Shown here: positions 1 through 14,816 of the stretch, one piece after another
How positions within the stretch are numbered: the stretch's first letter is position 1
Layout: each line of letters begins with the position of its first letter
Assembly (NCBI GenBank): GCA_022813965.1
Contig: JALDZS010000016.1
Coordinates: 62,001 to 126,000, forward strand
Direction of reading: 5' to 3'
From: Toensbergia leucococca
Taxonomy: Eukaryota
DNA: 64,000 bases
Notes under the pieces: generated by a model
Seen by the model: only the letters and a program-made list of their open reading frames with translations
Told to the model about the DNA's origin: nothing
The model's database searches: none
Made by a program: the position numbers and the translations under genes

Positions 1-349
1 AGCACAATGGAGAACCGCACAACACAAGCTCGAATTGGACTCCAAGATACCACATCGCGAAAAATTGGCTTTTCTAGCTCTTGTTGAAAATGCTCCCAGG
101 AGAAGCACGCAATCTACTTTCTCCGCTCGGGCCATGACTGCCCATACGAAGTCTATATATCGATCGCATTGACAACAGCAAAAACACAAGTCCCAAAGCT
201 ATGCAACAATCCCCGGCTTCCTTCCCAATTACGTGATTTTCCCCAACATTTCCCTCCTCCCAGCTCTCCCTCTCTCCTCTCCTCACCTCGCCTGCCTCTT
301 TCAGTAGTCTCAGCATCTACCCTATATTATCCACTATTCGTCCTTCGCC

Positions 350-2559
350 TCAAGACCATACATCCTCCTGATACTGATCCGTCCCCCTCATCGCCTTCAC
401 AATCTCCTCCCCCTTCTCCGCACTCAAGCCTCTCTGCTCCGCCACTATCTGGCCTAGCACCAAATTCACCTCGCGCGCCATATTGGAGGCGTCGCCGCAG
501 ACGTAGAAGTTTGCCTTTTGCTGCAAGAGCTCGTTGATGTCGACGGCGTTTTCTTTGAGGCGATGCTGCACGTAAACCTTTCCGGATTGTTCGCGCGAGA
601 AGGCGGTTATGAGCTTGAAGTTGTCGCCCAGGATCGATTTATAGCTCTGGATTGCAGAAGGGGTTAGTTGGTTGGTTTGGGAGCGTGGGAGAGGAAGTCA
701 ATTAGAGATGTTTGGAGCTCAGAAAGAATATCTGATGTAGGCTTAAGGGTAGGAGAGATGTGGCTTACCTCCCATTCATCGCCGTAGAGGAAGTCTTCGT
801 CGCTCTTTCTGCTGCCGGTGAACAACACCGTCTTTCCTACCGCCTCGCCGGCTTTAGCTTGCGCGGCTCGCTCTTGGACAAATCCTCGGAAAGGCGCAAC
901 GCCTGTCCCTGGACCGACCATGATGATTGGCTTTGAGGGATCTGATGGAAGCTTGAAATTTGAGTGGCGCACGTGGACAGGGACGTGGATGCCATCGTAC
1001 TTATTACGCGGCCCGTTGATGGCGTATGTCAAGCCGTGAGGATCAGGGTTCGGATCACCGTGCATTTTCTGCTTGAGCGCGAGGAGGTAATTTGTCGTGA
1101 CGCCTTTGACTATGTTCTCGGAACCCGGTACGCGGATTTCTTCCACGACAGCGGTAATGGAGATTTTGTCTTTTTGGACGAGTGAGGATGAAGAGATGGA
1201 GTAGTAGCGGGGTTGAATCTTGTGGAGGCCTTCGATCATGATGGAGAAGGGGACGTTAACCCATTTACGGCCTTCGCCTACAACGTGGAGAACTTGAGCA
1301 ATGTTAAAGTATTGACTTGATACTTTTTCCTGGAAGTAGTCCTTGTCGGAGCCAAGCCTTGTCATTTCTGCTTTAGAGGTTTCGTCTGGAGCGAATCCAG
1401 CTAGTGAAGAAATGAACTGTCGGGATACTGGAGCGCAGATCTCCATGTGGTATCGGATCGCTGCGTCGTATGTGGTGGGTGTAGGGAAGGGTACTTTGGC
1501 CGTGGGATCTAGACCTTTTACGCTGATGACTGCGTGGCGCTTTTCTGTCATACCTAGGATCTCAAGGAAGCGATCGACCTCCTTTCCGGCGTTGGTAGGC
1601 CAGACGGCTACGTGATCACCAGTTTGGTAAGATAGATTCGATCCACTGACGTCGATTTCCATGTGTAGACAGTTCCGGTCCTTGACGGTGAAAAGCTCTT
1701 TTGATTCTACTATCGGCGCGATATAGGGGTTGTGCGAATTGTATGGTCCTTTGGATGTCCCTTCAAGGTGATTTTTGTTTGGTTCTCCGAGGTAGACCTC
1801 ATTTTCCTCGGGGCTCAAGTCTTCCTTTTCGGTGACGCTGAACACAGGCTCGTATACTGCCTCCCGCTCCTCGAGGCTCATCGTTTCAGCCAACTCGCTC
1901 CACATGGGTTCTTTCCACGCCAAGAAATCTTCTTCCATAGTCCCTGCGCCATCGTCGCCCTCTCCAGGTTCTCCAATTCTAGCCGCACCCAGCTTGACCA
2001 AAACTTTGTTGACCTTTCTAACCATGGAATTGTAATGCTCGTATGTGTTGTTGCCTAACCCAAACGCTACGAATTTTAGGCCTGCCAAAGGTTGATCGTC
2101 TGCACCTCCACCGTTACTGAAGGATATGTCATCACTGGATATGAACTCGTAGAAATCTACTGCATTATCTGTTGGCTCTCCTTCGCCGTAAGTAGCAAGT
2201 ACGAACATTGCCACTTTATCCTCGGGAAAAGAGTCGAGCTTATCGTAATCGTAATCTTCCAAATCGGCAGCCATGGTCCTCAGTCCGAATCTTGATGATC
2301 CCTCCTTGGCTAACCGTGATGCATAATCCTCGGCGGTACCTGTCTGGGACCCGTAGAATATAACACAATTCTTCCCTGATTCATCCATCTTCTCTATGAT
2401 GTTCCTTGTCTTGGCCGCCTTGGATCCATTTGCCTGGGAGAAAGTATTTGCATAAGGGTCCTTGGGTACGCCCCAGTATGTTCCTTTCGTAAAATAAGCA
2501 ACAGTGGCCACGAGGAGAACGGCAAGCACCATTAGATCAAGGGTATCGAGTTGCGCCAT
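350..2559 (-). CDS. cprA: NADPH-cytochrome P450 reductase; 2 exons (2559-769, 646-350)
   Basis: N-terminal TM anchor, FMN motif YGSQTGTAEDYA, ATYGEGEPTDNA, FAD motif RYYSISS, GPGTGVAPFRGF and C-terminal DVWS. Intron 647-768 (GTAAGC...CTAAC...CAG) restores the frame. Confidence 0.97.
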
Positions 2560-3716
2560 GTTTCTAGATCTGGCAAAGTCGTCAGCCACCAAGATCGCGA
2601 TATGATATTAAAGGTATACAAACTAAAAGAAAGTCCTCCTGGCTTGCTTCTACTTGCCTCCGTTATCCAAATGTGAGTTGCCGACTACAAGTGGAGTGGC
2701 GGGTTAGACTACGGTGCAACGGCGTAGCAGGCACCGATGGTGTGGTGGATCTCTATTCTATCGGTTAAAGAGTACGGAGTAAAGCTGCGAATGGTAAAGA
2801 TTGTGGAGGCGATTGAACTGAGTTGAATAATCTGTGCACACCTCTATAATATAGAGATTTTTGGGGAGGGCGATTAGTAGGGAGGATATGCTTATGTAGA
2901 AGAAGTCTTGTCGTGAGATAATGGACCAGCTATTGCGTTGCTCGAAAATAAGTACGTCTTACATTTGCACTAAATAAGGTCTGCAGGGCCGGTCGGACGG
3001 TAGAGGTATTCTAGGTAGGTAGGATTTACAGGATGTAACGAAGGCGAAGGCGAAGTCACACATAGAATCTCCCAGAGGCCCATTGCTGTCTACCTCATCG
3101 GGCAGGTATGCAATTGTGTACCTTTGCAAATTATGCAACCTGGCGCATGTGAAAGAATTGCATATTGGATACCTGAATGCTTTGAAGTGCAGAGTGGCGA
3201 TAATCTATGTTCTCGCATTGATGGTTATTTCTCCTAGCTTGCCAGCAGAGGCTTACGACCCCCTCCTTTCATGAGAAGCATGAACAGTGCACGGCGTGGG
3301 TTGTCATCGTTGGAAGATAAAGGCTTAGCATTAGCCTCATCGTGTCATGATGTTGAGAAAGCTGGACAAGAATCAACCTCCCAAATTAAATAGAGCTAGT
3401 GTTACGGATAGATCCCTGATGCTGACTCATGGAGTAGGGCTGACCCTCCTCGGCGATGATGAAACCTGTCTAGTAGTAATCCTTGTCTAAATTCTGCAGG
3501 AACTTTATGTAGACCGGCCAATCGATTGGTTGGCTATGTTTTTGCTGCGTAAGGGCTGTGAGTGGAATACATCGTGACTACCTCCATCCTCCTTCATCCT
3601 GCTATTGTTCCGCCTTCATTAGACACCATTACTGCCAATTTCCGAGCACCAGCGATGCCGACCTTCGCGTGTATGCCTTACACTCATACGTGAGTTGTGG
3701 GAGTGCACAATGCAGC

Positions 3717-6700
3717 ATGGGTGAGTTCTTCATAGCCGGAACCCCTCCTTCTGGGAATGACTGCTGATGCTGCTACTCTTTAAGCCGGAGCTCAGCCTGG
3801 AAAATCTCGGCAGTATGTTCAAACGAACGGCCTTAACCAGCCAGCTCCTTACACGACCTCCCCTCAGTCCGAGTCTTACGCTGTTGATGGGACCCGCGCC
3901 ACCTTACACCCTTCTGTCTCCAGAGGACGAGGCCCGGTCCCAAAGAATGTCGCCCCTCCAAAGGCCGGACAAATGCAGCAGGCTGAGAGTCCATTGACCC
4001 CACGATCGCAATCCATAGCTGGTACCGCCCGGACAACACCAGGTTCGAGTGGCGGTATAGAGCGTCGACCTTCGGCCAATTACGGTCATTTTCGTCAACC
4101 ATCAAAGGTCCAAGGCCGGTCTCATCATTCCCGCAATACCAGTTTTGTCAATTCGCCCGCAACTAGTCCTCTTAGTCCACAGGTTACCGGTGCCGGGTCT
4201 GTCATCTCAGGTGTTTTACCCGACTTTTCTAGCCTTACTTTGATTCAACATGGTACTCCAGATCTTCGACCAGGCGATTCTCCCCTAAGTTTGTCATCAA
4301 CACTAGTCGACGCTAGCGACCTCAGCAATGCAATGCTCACCCAGAAGAGGATTGATCGAATGTATAGTGGGAAGTCTCGCCGAGAGCAAAATCATCATCG
4401 TTCGCATTCCAAGCATCAGTATCAGCAGGAGCAGAAGACTGTCGGAGAATATGCCTTGCATCATCTTTTCAACTCGGTAAGTTTATATAACTCTTATACA
4501 AGGTCCTGCTTACATGGTGTCAGTTCGTTGGACAAGCTGATCACAAAATCAACCAATGTGTGAATGATGTATCAGATTCGGAGCCTCGAGTTGAAGATGT
4601 GTGTGGCCTAGGCGTTGACCCAAATTTCGATCAGTTGATTTCAGCACTGGGGCACATAGCTCGACCAAAGCCCAAACCTTTAATTGACACCATCATGTAC
4701 TGGCGAAAAGCCAAAGGAGAAGCTGCTAATAGTGCGAAATTGGAGTCAAATCAGGTTTATAGCACAATGCTAATGAGCAAGTATCCCGCTAATTCTCAAT
4801 AGAACAAGTCACCGCTTACAATGAACCGGCTCTTGCCTCGACGTAATGCAGAGCCACTGCATGTTTTATATTCTGATTCGGGTCCGATGGCACCAAGTCT
4901 CGACGAGGCGAGCTATCCAGGGTCACCCCCTTCGCTCCAGGAGATTGCAATTCAGGCCGAACGTCGCTCACAGCTTTCCATCTATCTCTTATGTAGAGTC
5001 TTGATTGAAGTGTACAATCAGACTGATTTGACATCTCTCACGCCCTCAATGGCTGAGAAATTGGAGGATATTATATTTGGACAGCTAAAACAGACGGAGC
5101 CAGAACAGATTGCTTCCTCCTCTTTTCGATTTGCCAACTGGACAATCTACTCTCAATTACTTGGAGTGATGAGTGACATGAATTTTCATAGCGTCTCTCG
5201 TCGATTTATCACCGAATTACGGAATTCTCAAAAAGACGTCGGAACCAAAGGTGCTGTAACAAAGGAAATTGGAAGCCGAGTTGAGTTGATAATCATGGCT
5301 ATGGGGCATCTACATATCAAATTGCAGCCTGAAGCCTTTTGGAAAGATTCTTGTGATTTTTTGTATGCCCTCGGAGAATTTTTCATTAATTCGCATGGTC
5401 AGCAAATAAAACACTCTTATTGTCAAGTCTTCGAAGATCTAGTCCTTCCGATCGCAGCATCCGCCGGCCCCCAACTTAACTATCCTAAATGGAAAGACTT
5501 CTTGAGCACAGTCAATTCACGACTCACCCAAATGCTTATGAAACCTCGACACTGGCCGGATGCATTTCCTCTTTCAGTGATACTTCTCTGCGCGTCTCCC
5601 ACAGAAACATTTGCGACTCAATGGCTGTCTGTAATAACGTCACTTCAAGCAAAACTAAAGGATAGAATGACCCGAGGTTCTGCGCTTCAAGCCGTTTGTC
5701 GTTTGGTCTGGACTTATCTTGATCGGACTACCGACCCTATCAGCTCTGTCATGCGCAAACTCGAGGACGTGATCAAAATTGTACTACCTTCAGGCAAAAA
5801 GACTTATCTCTCCACAGATCCAGTCTTTGCGGACCCAATAATTGAGCTCATTCGGATCATTGGGTTTCGATATCAGGACTTTTGTTTCAAGACCGTTATA
5901 TTTCCGTTAATTAATTCAGACCTCTTTAATACAGGAAAGGACATTAAAGTCGAGCAGCTTGAACCAGAAAGAATGGTGATTGGAATAAGAGCGTTTCTAG
6001 CCATCATGGCGGATCTAGAAAAGCCCGAGCATGAAAGTCCACCGTTCCCCCGTTTTTCAAATGGTGGCTCTATGAAAGAGGCAGCTCTAGAATCTCGGAT
6101 ATTTGCTGGTCCTCAACGCTCTCCGGAGACTAAAGTCTCATTTAAGCACAAGGAAGATCAGCTTTCTCAGCCGGTGCTAGATGCTAATCTTGATGACATT
6201 GCTAAAAGTTATTATGCTCGATTTTGTGAAATTCTTGGCAAGATCACCATTATCTGCGATAATGCGGTTGGTGGACAAGCGGTGCTAGATGAAAAATTCG
6301 GGGCCCAAACCCCCAAAACTCCCATCGCGGACACTTTCATTTTCGGACGTAGAGACGAACATCCAGGTGTGACAGAACATAAGCAGGGGTTCTATGATCT
6401 GTTACATGTTGCTGTGCAGGCTTTGCCACGCTGCTTATCCTTACACATTCCGTTCAACTCATTGATCAATCTTCTTTGTACCGGGACCGCCCACGTCCAA
6501 AGCAATATTGCAGTCTCTTCAGCACGGTCACTTAAATCCATAGCTCGACAATCACATGCTCAACCCGTCACCATCGGCTTCGCAAGATTTATTTTCAATT
6601 TTGACGCTCGCTATTCCACCATGTCCGAGGAAGGGATGCTCGGGCCTGGCCATATAGAAAATACGTTAAGACTTTATGTCGAGTTGCTCCAGATTTGGAT

Positions 6701-9700
6701 CCTTGAAATAAAGCAGAAGGCTAACGGTATGGCGAAAGAGTCATTGGAAGATGGCTCACCTAGTAGCCGTGGCCTCCAGCTAGACCTCACAAGTGTATCA
6801 GCACTCGTCGAAGAAGTGGAATCTCACGGTGCTTTTTTCCTCTGCTCGCAATCGCGGCGAGTGCGTTCGTATGCGGTCAAGGTTCTCAGACTCGTGACCG
6901 AATTCGATACGGCGCTAGGTAGAAGTAGTCCGAGGATCATCCAGATTCTCGAAGGAGACTCACAACAAGTGATGGACTCGAACGACGATCAACTGTCGGT
7001 TGCCGAGAGGAGTCGTCTGCAAAAGGGAAAGCGGAAGAGTGCCTCGCAGGACACACTGATCGAGCTGTGCAGCAGTGACGTGTCCTATGACTCGACCTTG
7101 TGGTTCAAATTATTCCCTAATCTCATACGGTTAAGCTTCGAGATATGTCCAGTTGCAGTTACTCTTGGTCGCGAGATCGTGTGTGCAAGGCTTCTACAGA
7201 TGCATAAAGGTGTCTCTGCCGTTGCAGAGCATACACGTGATCCGCAAGTTGCTAACCTCGAAACGTCTGCAATACGTTCACTTGCTCGAATCGGGGTCAC
7301 TCCTCCGGAGGTAGTCATTGAACAATGGAAGCTATACCTGGTGATGGCCTGCACTACCATGACAAACGCTGGCGCACAAACTCAAAGCCAGCTTGACAAT
7401 ACACGGCACGCTCGAAAAATATCTAAGAGCGCTCAGCAGGGGCAAGATAAAATAAGTTCTGCTAGGTCACTCTTTGCATATATCATCCCCTTGTTGTCAG
7501 CCGGTTCAAGCTCGATACGCGACGCCATAGTCATTGCTCTCGGATCGATTAATATAAACCTATACCGAACGCTTCTAGAATCCTTACAGTACGCAGTCAC
7601 GACATGCAATGAGGAGGCGAAGCTACGAATTGGAACCCATCACCGGAACGCAAGTAGCCCGCGAAGAAATCGGAGAACAGATCGTCTGAGAACAGAGGTA
7701 ACTCATGTCTACAAACTAACCTCTCGTTTTCTTCATGAGCAGACTGTTCTCGAAGATGAGTGGATTCTGAATAATTTGGCTACCTATACAAAAAGTCTAA
7801 TGATCTTCTTGAGTGATGCTGAGATTCAGAATGATTGGGAATTCCAGAAGCTCAGACGTCACTATTGTGGCCTGCTGGAAGAACTATTCCAAGGCATTAA
7901 TCGAACTGACGACCCTTCAAGGTGGATGGCGTTTGAATCAAGGAAATCCGCTTTCGCTTTAATGGAGGACTGGTGCGGATACTCTCCGAATCAAAGCAGG
8001 ATCAGTCAGCGAGAAGACAGCATGAGACAGTCAGCTTTGGATCAACATCAAGACACTGGAGAAAAGGGCAACGTCACGGCAAAGATGGAGATTGAGAAGA
8101 GAAATCTTCGAACTGCTGCGTTGAGTGCCATGGCAGGTCTTTGCGTAAGCCGAGATTTAGTGGAATGGGAGAAGCAAGGCTAATGACGCGCAGGCAGGTC
8201 CAATCAGAGTGGTTACGGAGAAGAAGGACAATCACTCTTTCGATGTTAGGCGTATGCTCTCATGGATTGACCAGATCTTCGGAACCGTCAGTGACAAGAT
8301 GCACTCCATCGGACGACGAGCCCTCCACAGTTTGATAACACACAATCGTGATTATCCTTATCTATTAGAACATTCAATTGAGATGTGTTTCAGAGCCGAG
8401 AGACCGAAAGCTTTGGAAAATTATTTCGAAGTGGTCACCAGGGTTCTCATGGAACATGATGATTACCCAATGCCTTTTTGGAGGGTCTTAAGTGCTCTGC
8501 TATTTACATTAGGCAACGGAAAAAGCCATATCAGGGTCAGATCAGCACGGCTGCTACGCACTCTGGAGCAACGTCAACAAAGAAGTTCAAAGCTGCAATA
8601 CTTCGACATTAGTATCTCCGATAGAACCACAGCAGTCTACAAAAAGGCCCAGTTTGAAATATCGAAAAGTCTGTCCAAGCAGCACACGGAACTTGCCTTC
8701 TTCATATTCTCTCAATTCTCGGTACACTTCAAGAACATCCACCCTGATAATCAGCGGAACATGGTGGCAGCCATATTACCCTGGATACAGACAATGGAAT
8801 TACAACTCGATCCTAACGGTGGTCCCACACCACAGTCATACATGCTGCTAACCAACCTCCTCGAAATAACGACGAAATCAAGTAGTGCTTTACACAACGA
8901 GATCCAGGCGCTGTGGCAGGCACTTGCAACAGGACCGCATGGCGGCAATGTCCAGCTGGTGCTCGATTTCGTCATTTCTTTGTGTCTCGACAGGAGAGAG
9001 CAGAGTTTCGTTGACTACGCCAAGCAAATTGTTGTCTATCTATCGAGTACTCCTGCTGGGCAGAAAGTGGTTGAGTTTCTTCTTTTACAAATTACTCCAA
9101 AGAACATGGTGCAGGAGAAGCGAGAAGCTCTAGCCTTACCTATAGATACGCTAGGATTACCATATGTTGCAGATTTGTCAGAAGCTTTACCCATTGGCAA
9201 TCGTCAAGTATGTAAGAGTTATCTCCCGCTCAAGATATACACTGACAATTGGTAGTCTGGATTTTCCTTGGGACAGCTCTCCCTAATATTCCTTGTGGAT
9301 CTCATGGTCGCTCCCATGAATCTAGGGAAAGAGAGTGTTCCGCTTTTGTTGCAAGTAGTAGTTGTTCTCTGGGATCACTATACTCTGCTGGTTCAGGAGC
9401 AGGCCCGGGAGATGCTCGTGCACCTGATACATGAGCTCGTCATATCGAAAATCGAAGACAACACGAACAACAAGATTAAGATCGAAGAATTCGTCGAAGA
9501 CATCCGGCAACATCAAGCCAATGTTGTCTGGTCGTACGAAGAGAGCAACGGTAAAGACGATGAAGATGATGGTAATCGAGTGCCGAAGTCCATGACCTTT
9601 CTGACAAGTGAAGTCGTCCGATTGTTCACGCCGGAGTACCCCAGGCTTCATGAGCAGTGGGCAAAGACGGCCTTAAGCTGGGCTACATCTTGTCCTGTGC

Positions 9701-11643
9701 GACACGTAGCTTGCAGATCTTTCCAGATATTTCGCTGTATTCTCTCTTCGCTTGATCAGTCGATGCTTGCAGACATGCTTGCTCGACTGTCAAATACGAT
9801 TGCTGATGAAGAGGCGGATATCCAGATATTCTCCATGGAGATACTGACGACGGTAAAAGCAATCCTTGAAGCTCTAGAACCTCTGGACTTGCTCCAATTC
9901 CCCCAGCTCTTCTGGGCTACGTGCGCGTGTCTCGACACCATCCATGAACGTGAATTCATCGAGACTTTGCAAATGCTGGGAGTGTTGCTGAGCAAGGTTG
10001 ATCTCAGCGACCCTGCGGTTGTCAGGATCCTTCTAGCGGCCAAGCCCGAGAAGTGGCAAGGCGGGTTCGAAGGCATAGCGCCCCTTGTGTACAAGGGACT
10101 GAAGTCAGCTATATCATTGGAGAAATCAATATCAATTCTGGATAAAGTGGTGCCCCTACCCGACAGTGAGCTAGTTGGAAATCAGAGTCGACTATTGTTT
10201 GGCATACTAGCGAATCTACCTCGTTTCCTGCACTCATTCGATAGTGTGGTAGGGAACACAGCATGTACCGAGTCGGCACAAATCTTAGCAAGTGTAGCAG
10301 AATCGGAGGAGCACCATGAAGTTTCCATAGTCCTAAACACCTTTGCGAACCGCCGATACCTCGCAAGCAAGGATTTCCTCTCCCAGATTCTCTCAACTCT
10401 GCGGCAGACCTTCTTTCCAGAATGGGAGCTCAAAAGCCTTATCTTTCTAATGGGCTTGCTGACCAATCGTCTATCCTGGTACAAGCTCAAGACTATGGAG
10501 ATTTTGTGTCACATCATTCCAGATATTGATATGCGCCGCCCCGAAGTTGCCAGCCACGGGCCCGATCTAATCTCACCACTCCTTCGCCTGCTACAAACCG
10601 AATATTGCCCTCGAGCTTTGGAGGTCATGGATCACATCATGATTATGTCGGCAACACCAATGGACAAGCATCACATGCGAATGAGCATGGCCTCATCAGG
10701 TTCACGTTCCATCCGTAAAGAGTATGAGAGAACCCAGAGCTTGTACGGCATCCCAGAAGAAACCGGCTGGTCGATTCCCATGCCAGCGATACACTCGAAT
10801 ACCACAAGAGCCAATGTCCACGCTGTCTTCTACACGTGCGCATGCGCCAATTCAGCAGAAGCCGATACGGTAGCAACGCCAGAAGTCGAGTTTCACCTCG
10901 AGGAGTTCCATCATGGTTCCTACTTCCCCGGCGATCGCACTGATACAATGACTTCTGAAGACCCTCGCGCTGAATCAACAGTGGATGACGGAATGGGCGA
11001 TTTAGTATCCAAGCTCGACATGCTAGACGACTTTTTCGAGGACAGCTTGATCTCGGAGACCAAACATCCGAACCTTTACTTGGGCCTAGCCGTCACCGGC
11101 TTCAGCACCGAATCCGACAGCGGCGACATCTACGACAGCCAAACCGCGCCCATCCTCCACAAATCCCTCGCCCGCACCGCAAGCGTCACATCCCTCCATA
11201 ACGGCTTCGCCGACATGCGCGGCCCCTCTGGCCGTGACCCAGGCGTCATGACCCCCACAGCCTTCACAACTACCCCCTCCCTCGCGCCCCCCACCCGCCC
11301 AACAATGCACTCCCGCTCCGTCACCTCCCCAGCCAACAACCTCCCCAACCCGCACCCCTCAGACCTCCTCTCCGACTCGGAACCCGACGAAATTTTCTCC
11401 GACGACGAACGCTCCTCGGGCAACCACGGTCCCCAGTCCCTCGGAAGCATGCTCCGCAACACTCCGGGCGGCTTGCGCAAAATGCTATCGGGCGCCGGGG
11501 CGCGGTCGGAGTATCGGCAGCGAGATCTTTTGAGAGCTCAGTCGCTTTCGAGGTCGAAGAGTATGATGCCCGATTCGCCTGAGGTGCCAAAGGTGCCGGA
11601 GGCGTATTTGCATATGGCGCCGCCAAAGTCGATGGATCTTTGA
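3717..11643 (+). CDS. TAO3: RAM/MOR network scaffold Tao3/Pag1/Mor2 (Furry family); 6 exons
   Basis: ORFs 3973, 4560, 4821, 8209 and 9268 are joined by short introns (3721-3784, ~4477-4523, ~4755-4802, ~8145-8194, ~9208-9255). Recognisable segments include EYALHHLFNSF, WATSCPVRHVACRSFQIFR and FPQLFWATCACL. The first exon is ATGG. Confidence 0.9.
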
Positions 11644-11931
11644 TTGGGGGGAATGGGAAAGCCGTTGGCCGGATGGGTCATCTAGCCTGTGTATGAAACT
11701 TTTTGCATTGTTTGGGGTTGGGAGGGGGGGTTCTTTGTAAAGGTAATGTCTGCATATGTCTGTTCGATACCACGACCCGTGTTTTTTTGTTTTGAGTTGG
11801 CGAGCGAAAGAAGGGTGGTGTATGTGCTGCGCTTTGTTTGAATAGTTTAAGGCTATCATTACAGGTATAGATGGAGCTTGTATAAATGTCTTTTAGTATA
11901 GCTACAAGGCTTGGAGAATCAATACCAATCC

Positions 11932-11950
11932 ATTGATTGATTGATTGATT
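11932..11950. repeat. (GATT)n microsatellite
   Basis: ATTGATTGATTGATTGATT. Confidence 0.8.
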
Positions 11951-12470
11951 TCTTTTGCTTTTACTACTCTATTGGCCCCCCTCGATTTAAACTCACTAAA
12001 TAAATACTACCGGTACATACAGTTTTCGTTGCCGTGAACAATCCCAGCAGCCCGCATCCCACGAGTCCAGAAATCTCGAATCAAGAACCACCAGAAAAGA
12101 AAAAGAAAAAGAATTCGACAGTTCGACAGTTCGACGTGGCACACAGGCACAAGCTAACCATTTCAATAGGGAGATAAACAGCTAGGCATGCTACGTACCT
12201 ATCAAACGACAAGACCCAACTAAAACCCCCCTGTTATTCAACGCCGCCGCCCCCCCCCCAACCACCTCAACCCAAAGAAAACGCCACGAGTCGGTATCTC
12301 CATCGCCCCTCTTTCCTCCCACCATTTATACAAACGCAAATTCAAAACCCCTAATGCGCTCTTTCTCTTCGTTCAGGGAACTCGTAGGCCTAATCCCCCC
12401 TTTTTTGGGCAACAACCAGATGACATAACAATAGCAGCATCCTAATATACACATCCCTGCTTTTTTCCCT

Positions 12471-14816
12471 CTACGCTGCCGTTTTGGTGTCTACCACTGT
12501 CTTTGTATCCACTTTGGTAGTTCTCAGTCCCTGCCTAGCCAAATGCGCGTTGAACTCCCCCTGCCTAATTTCACTCTCATCCCCCAGCACCGGCTCTACC
12601 ACCGCCACAGGCCTAGGTTCAGCCTTCAAGTCCATTTCCTCATACGCTTTGCAAAATAAATCGTCTGTCTTCATGCGCTGGACAGCTCCGTGAGCCGAGT
12701 TTACGGATCTGCAATGTCCAATGTCGCGCCGAAAAGAGTCGGCGTATTTAGTGGCTGTGTCAAGGGAGGAGGCGGGGTTGATGATGGTGCCATAGAAATC
12801 AAGTAAGGGTATGGATGAGAGCTCTGGTAGGTCGCCAGGGGAAGGGAGCATGGATAGGAGAGGGGCGGTTAACAGGGGGGGTTCCGGATATGTCGTGTGG
12901 GAAAAGGCGGAGGGATCCGCGGTGAGATGGTCCGAGAGGTCGAGAGCGAGAGCTGAGGTTTCGGAGGAAGTGGTCTCAGAGGTATGGGTGAATTCAGGAG
13001 GGGGGTGGTAGAGTTCGTTGTGTACTGTGACGATAGAATCGGATAAGGAGGGGAAATTGGGGTAAAGTAAGGAATAGCCTCTTGCGCGAATAAGCTCGGA
13101 GATGTATTCCATCCACGCCGGGTAACTTTGGCTGACCTCTTTTTGCCGTGGCGGGGGGCGTTGATGTATTGGAATTTGGGTTTTGGAGGCGGCAATGCGG
13201 GCAGTGAGGAAGGAGTGAATTTCAATCCATTTGTCCCCAAAGTAGAGGGCTGCGTTGCTGTTGGGAGCTTGCCAGAGAAAGGGAGTGGGTACATCTTTGT
13301 CTTCATCTTGTTCGTCTTCACTGAGAGGATCATATAATATTGGGGGTATGAATGGTTGGCTACCATTGAGATATGAAGAGGGAAACTCGAGACTGATACC
13401 CATAAGCTTTTCTGTTTCGAGGGAGCTCGAGATATACGAAGAGTATTTGTATTCGAGAAGATTATACATCATATAATGATAGTAGAGGGGGGAGAGTTCG
13501 ACTTGGGGAGAAAGGACAAGGACATGAGAGTCCCTTGGCCTTGCAGGAAAGAACGATTCAAGGAAGGTCGAGGATGCTTCCTCGGTAGTCAGACTTTTTC
13601 GTGGGATGCGATGTCGAAGTGTGACTTGCGAGGCGTGTGGCGAACCCAATGGGTCTATTGGCGGCCAAACGATTTTCTCCAGAAAGGATCTCGTTGGAGG
13701 GTCAATGTCAGTCGGAAGCTCAATAGTCAGGTGTGGACGCCTTGCACCAAAGTAATCCGCTGCCTCGATAGACCTCAAGAGTCTTATCAGGGACCCTGAT
13801 GACTCTGAAGGAGCATGGATAAGTATATCTACATAGGCTTTGTGCCAAGCTGGGTTACACATTAGCGAGGGCAGAAGGGCTTGCCGAAAAGGAGGAAGCT
13901 CACCACTAAGAGAGCCGCTATCTAAACGTGTAATCCACATCAGGTTTTCTGCAGCATTTGGAGGTAATTCGATAACAGATTTCCTCAGCTCGGTGGCTTT
14001 GGCTCTGACGGCCCTCGTGAAAAATGTGTCTTCCTGATTTGAATCATGCGTAATGATTACCTGGGGATGCATGAACTGGTGAATGTGTGCTAAGCTCGCA
14101 GTCACGCTGGTTTCCATACGGAAATCCGAGCTCCAAGGCGAGAAATCTGGGCGAGCATCTGTAGGTGCCCGTTAGTGAAGGCGTAGCTACCAAGAGGGTA
14201 TCTCCGTACCGTGCCAGTGAACTTCGCAATCAGAGCCAACACCATTCACGTCCTTGATATCTTCGACACTGAGGTCATCTCTACCGTGGAAAGAGAAATG
14301 GACTCGGTTCCTCTCCCATCTAGCCATTTCACAAGCCATTGGAATAACTTCGGAGGCGCTTCTAAGACTGGAAACAGCAAACAGAACGTTCTTGTTCACT
14401 TCTCTGTGCCCCATGTGTTTGGCGAGGCTTTGCAATGTCGCAGCGAGCCTGTAATATTTGATAGGGCCACTAAAGTAGTGATTGTCTGCTTCGGAGGGTT
14501 TGTGAGGCCGTGGCGGTTGATCGGTCGAGGATGCTGTCAAGGATCCTGGCAAGACGTTTCTTGGTGTGCGTAGAGGCGGTAGCCTGATATCTCCTCTTTG
14601 GGATACAGGGATCAGGTCTGTTGGCATGTTCCTGACGAAGAGGTAGACAAGCAGCAGTGCCAACAATCCATACAACAACCGCCTCCTTCGCACACGAGGA
14701 GCTGAGAACCAGGATGTCCATGGCGTTTTTGAAGCAGCGAGGGTTGGAGGCATATGATCATCGCTTTTCTTCGCATGCTCTTCGTCGGCAGTAAACAAGG
14801 CCTTGGACCGCAGCAT
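12471..14816 (-). CDS. Type II membrane protein, putative glycosyltransferase-like (conserved fungal family); probably 3 exons
   Basis: RRRR followed by a hydrophobic anchor (LLYGLLALLLVYLFV) and a long lumenal domain with SLIRLLRSIEAADY and ESFFP...HVLVLSPQVELSP. Introns at ~14160-14209 and 13850-13903. The function is inferred. Confidence 0.6.

Noticed and set aside
3347..3426. C/D snoRNA-like ATGATG...CTGA
   Set aside because: Imperfect C box; only ~9 nt of recalled rRNA complementarity, not adjacent to the D box.
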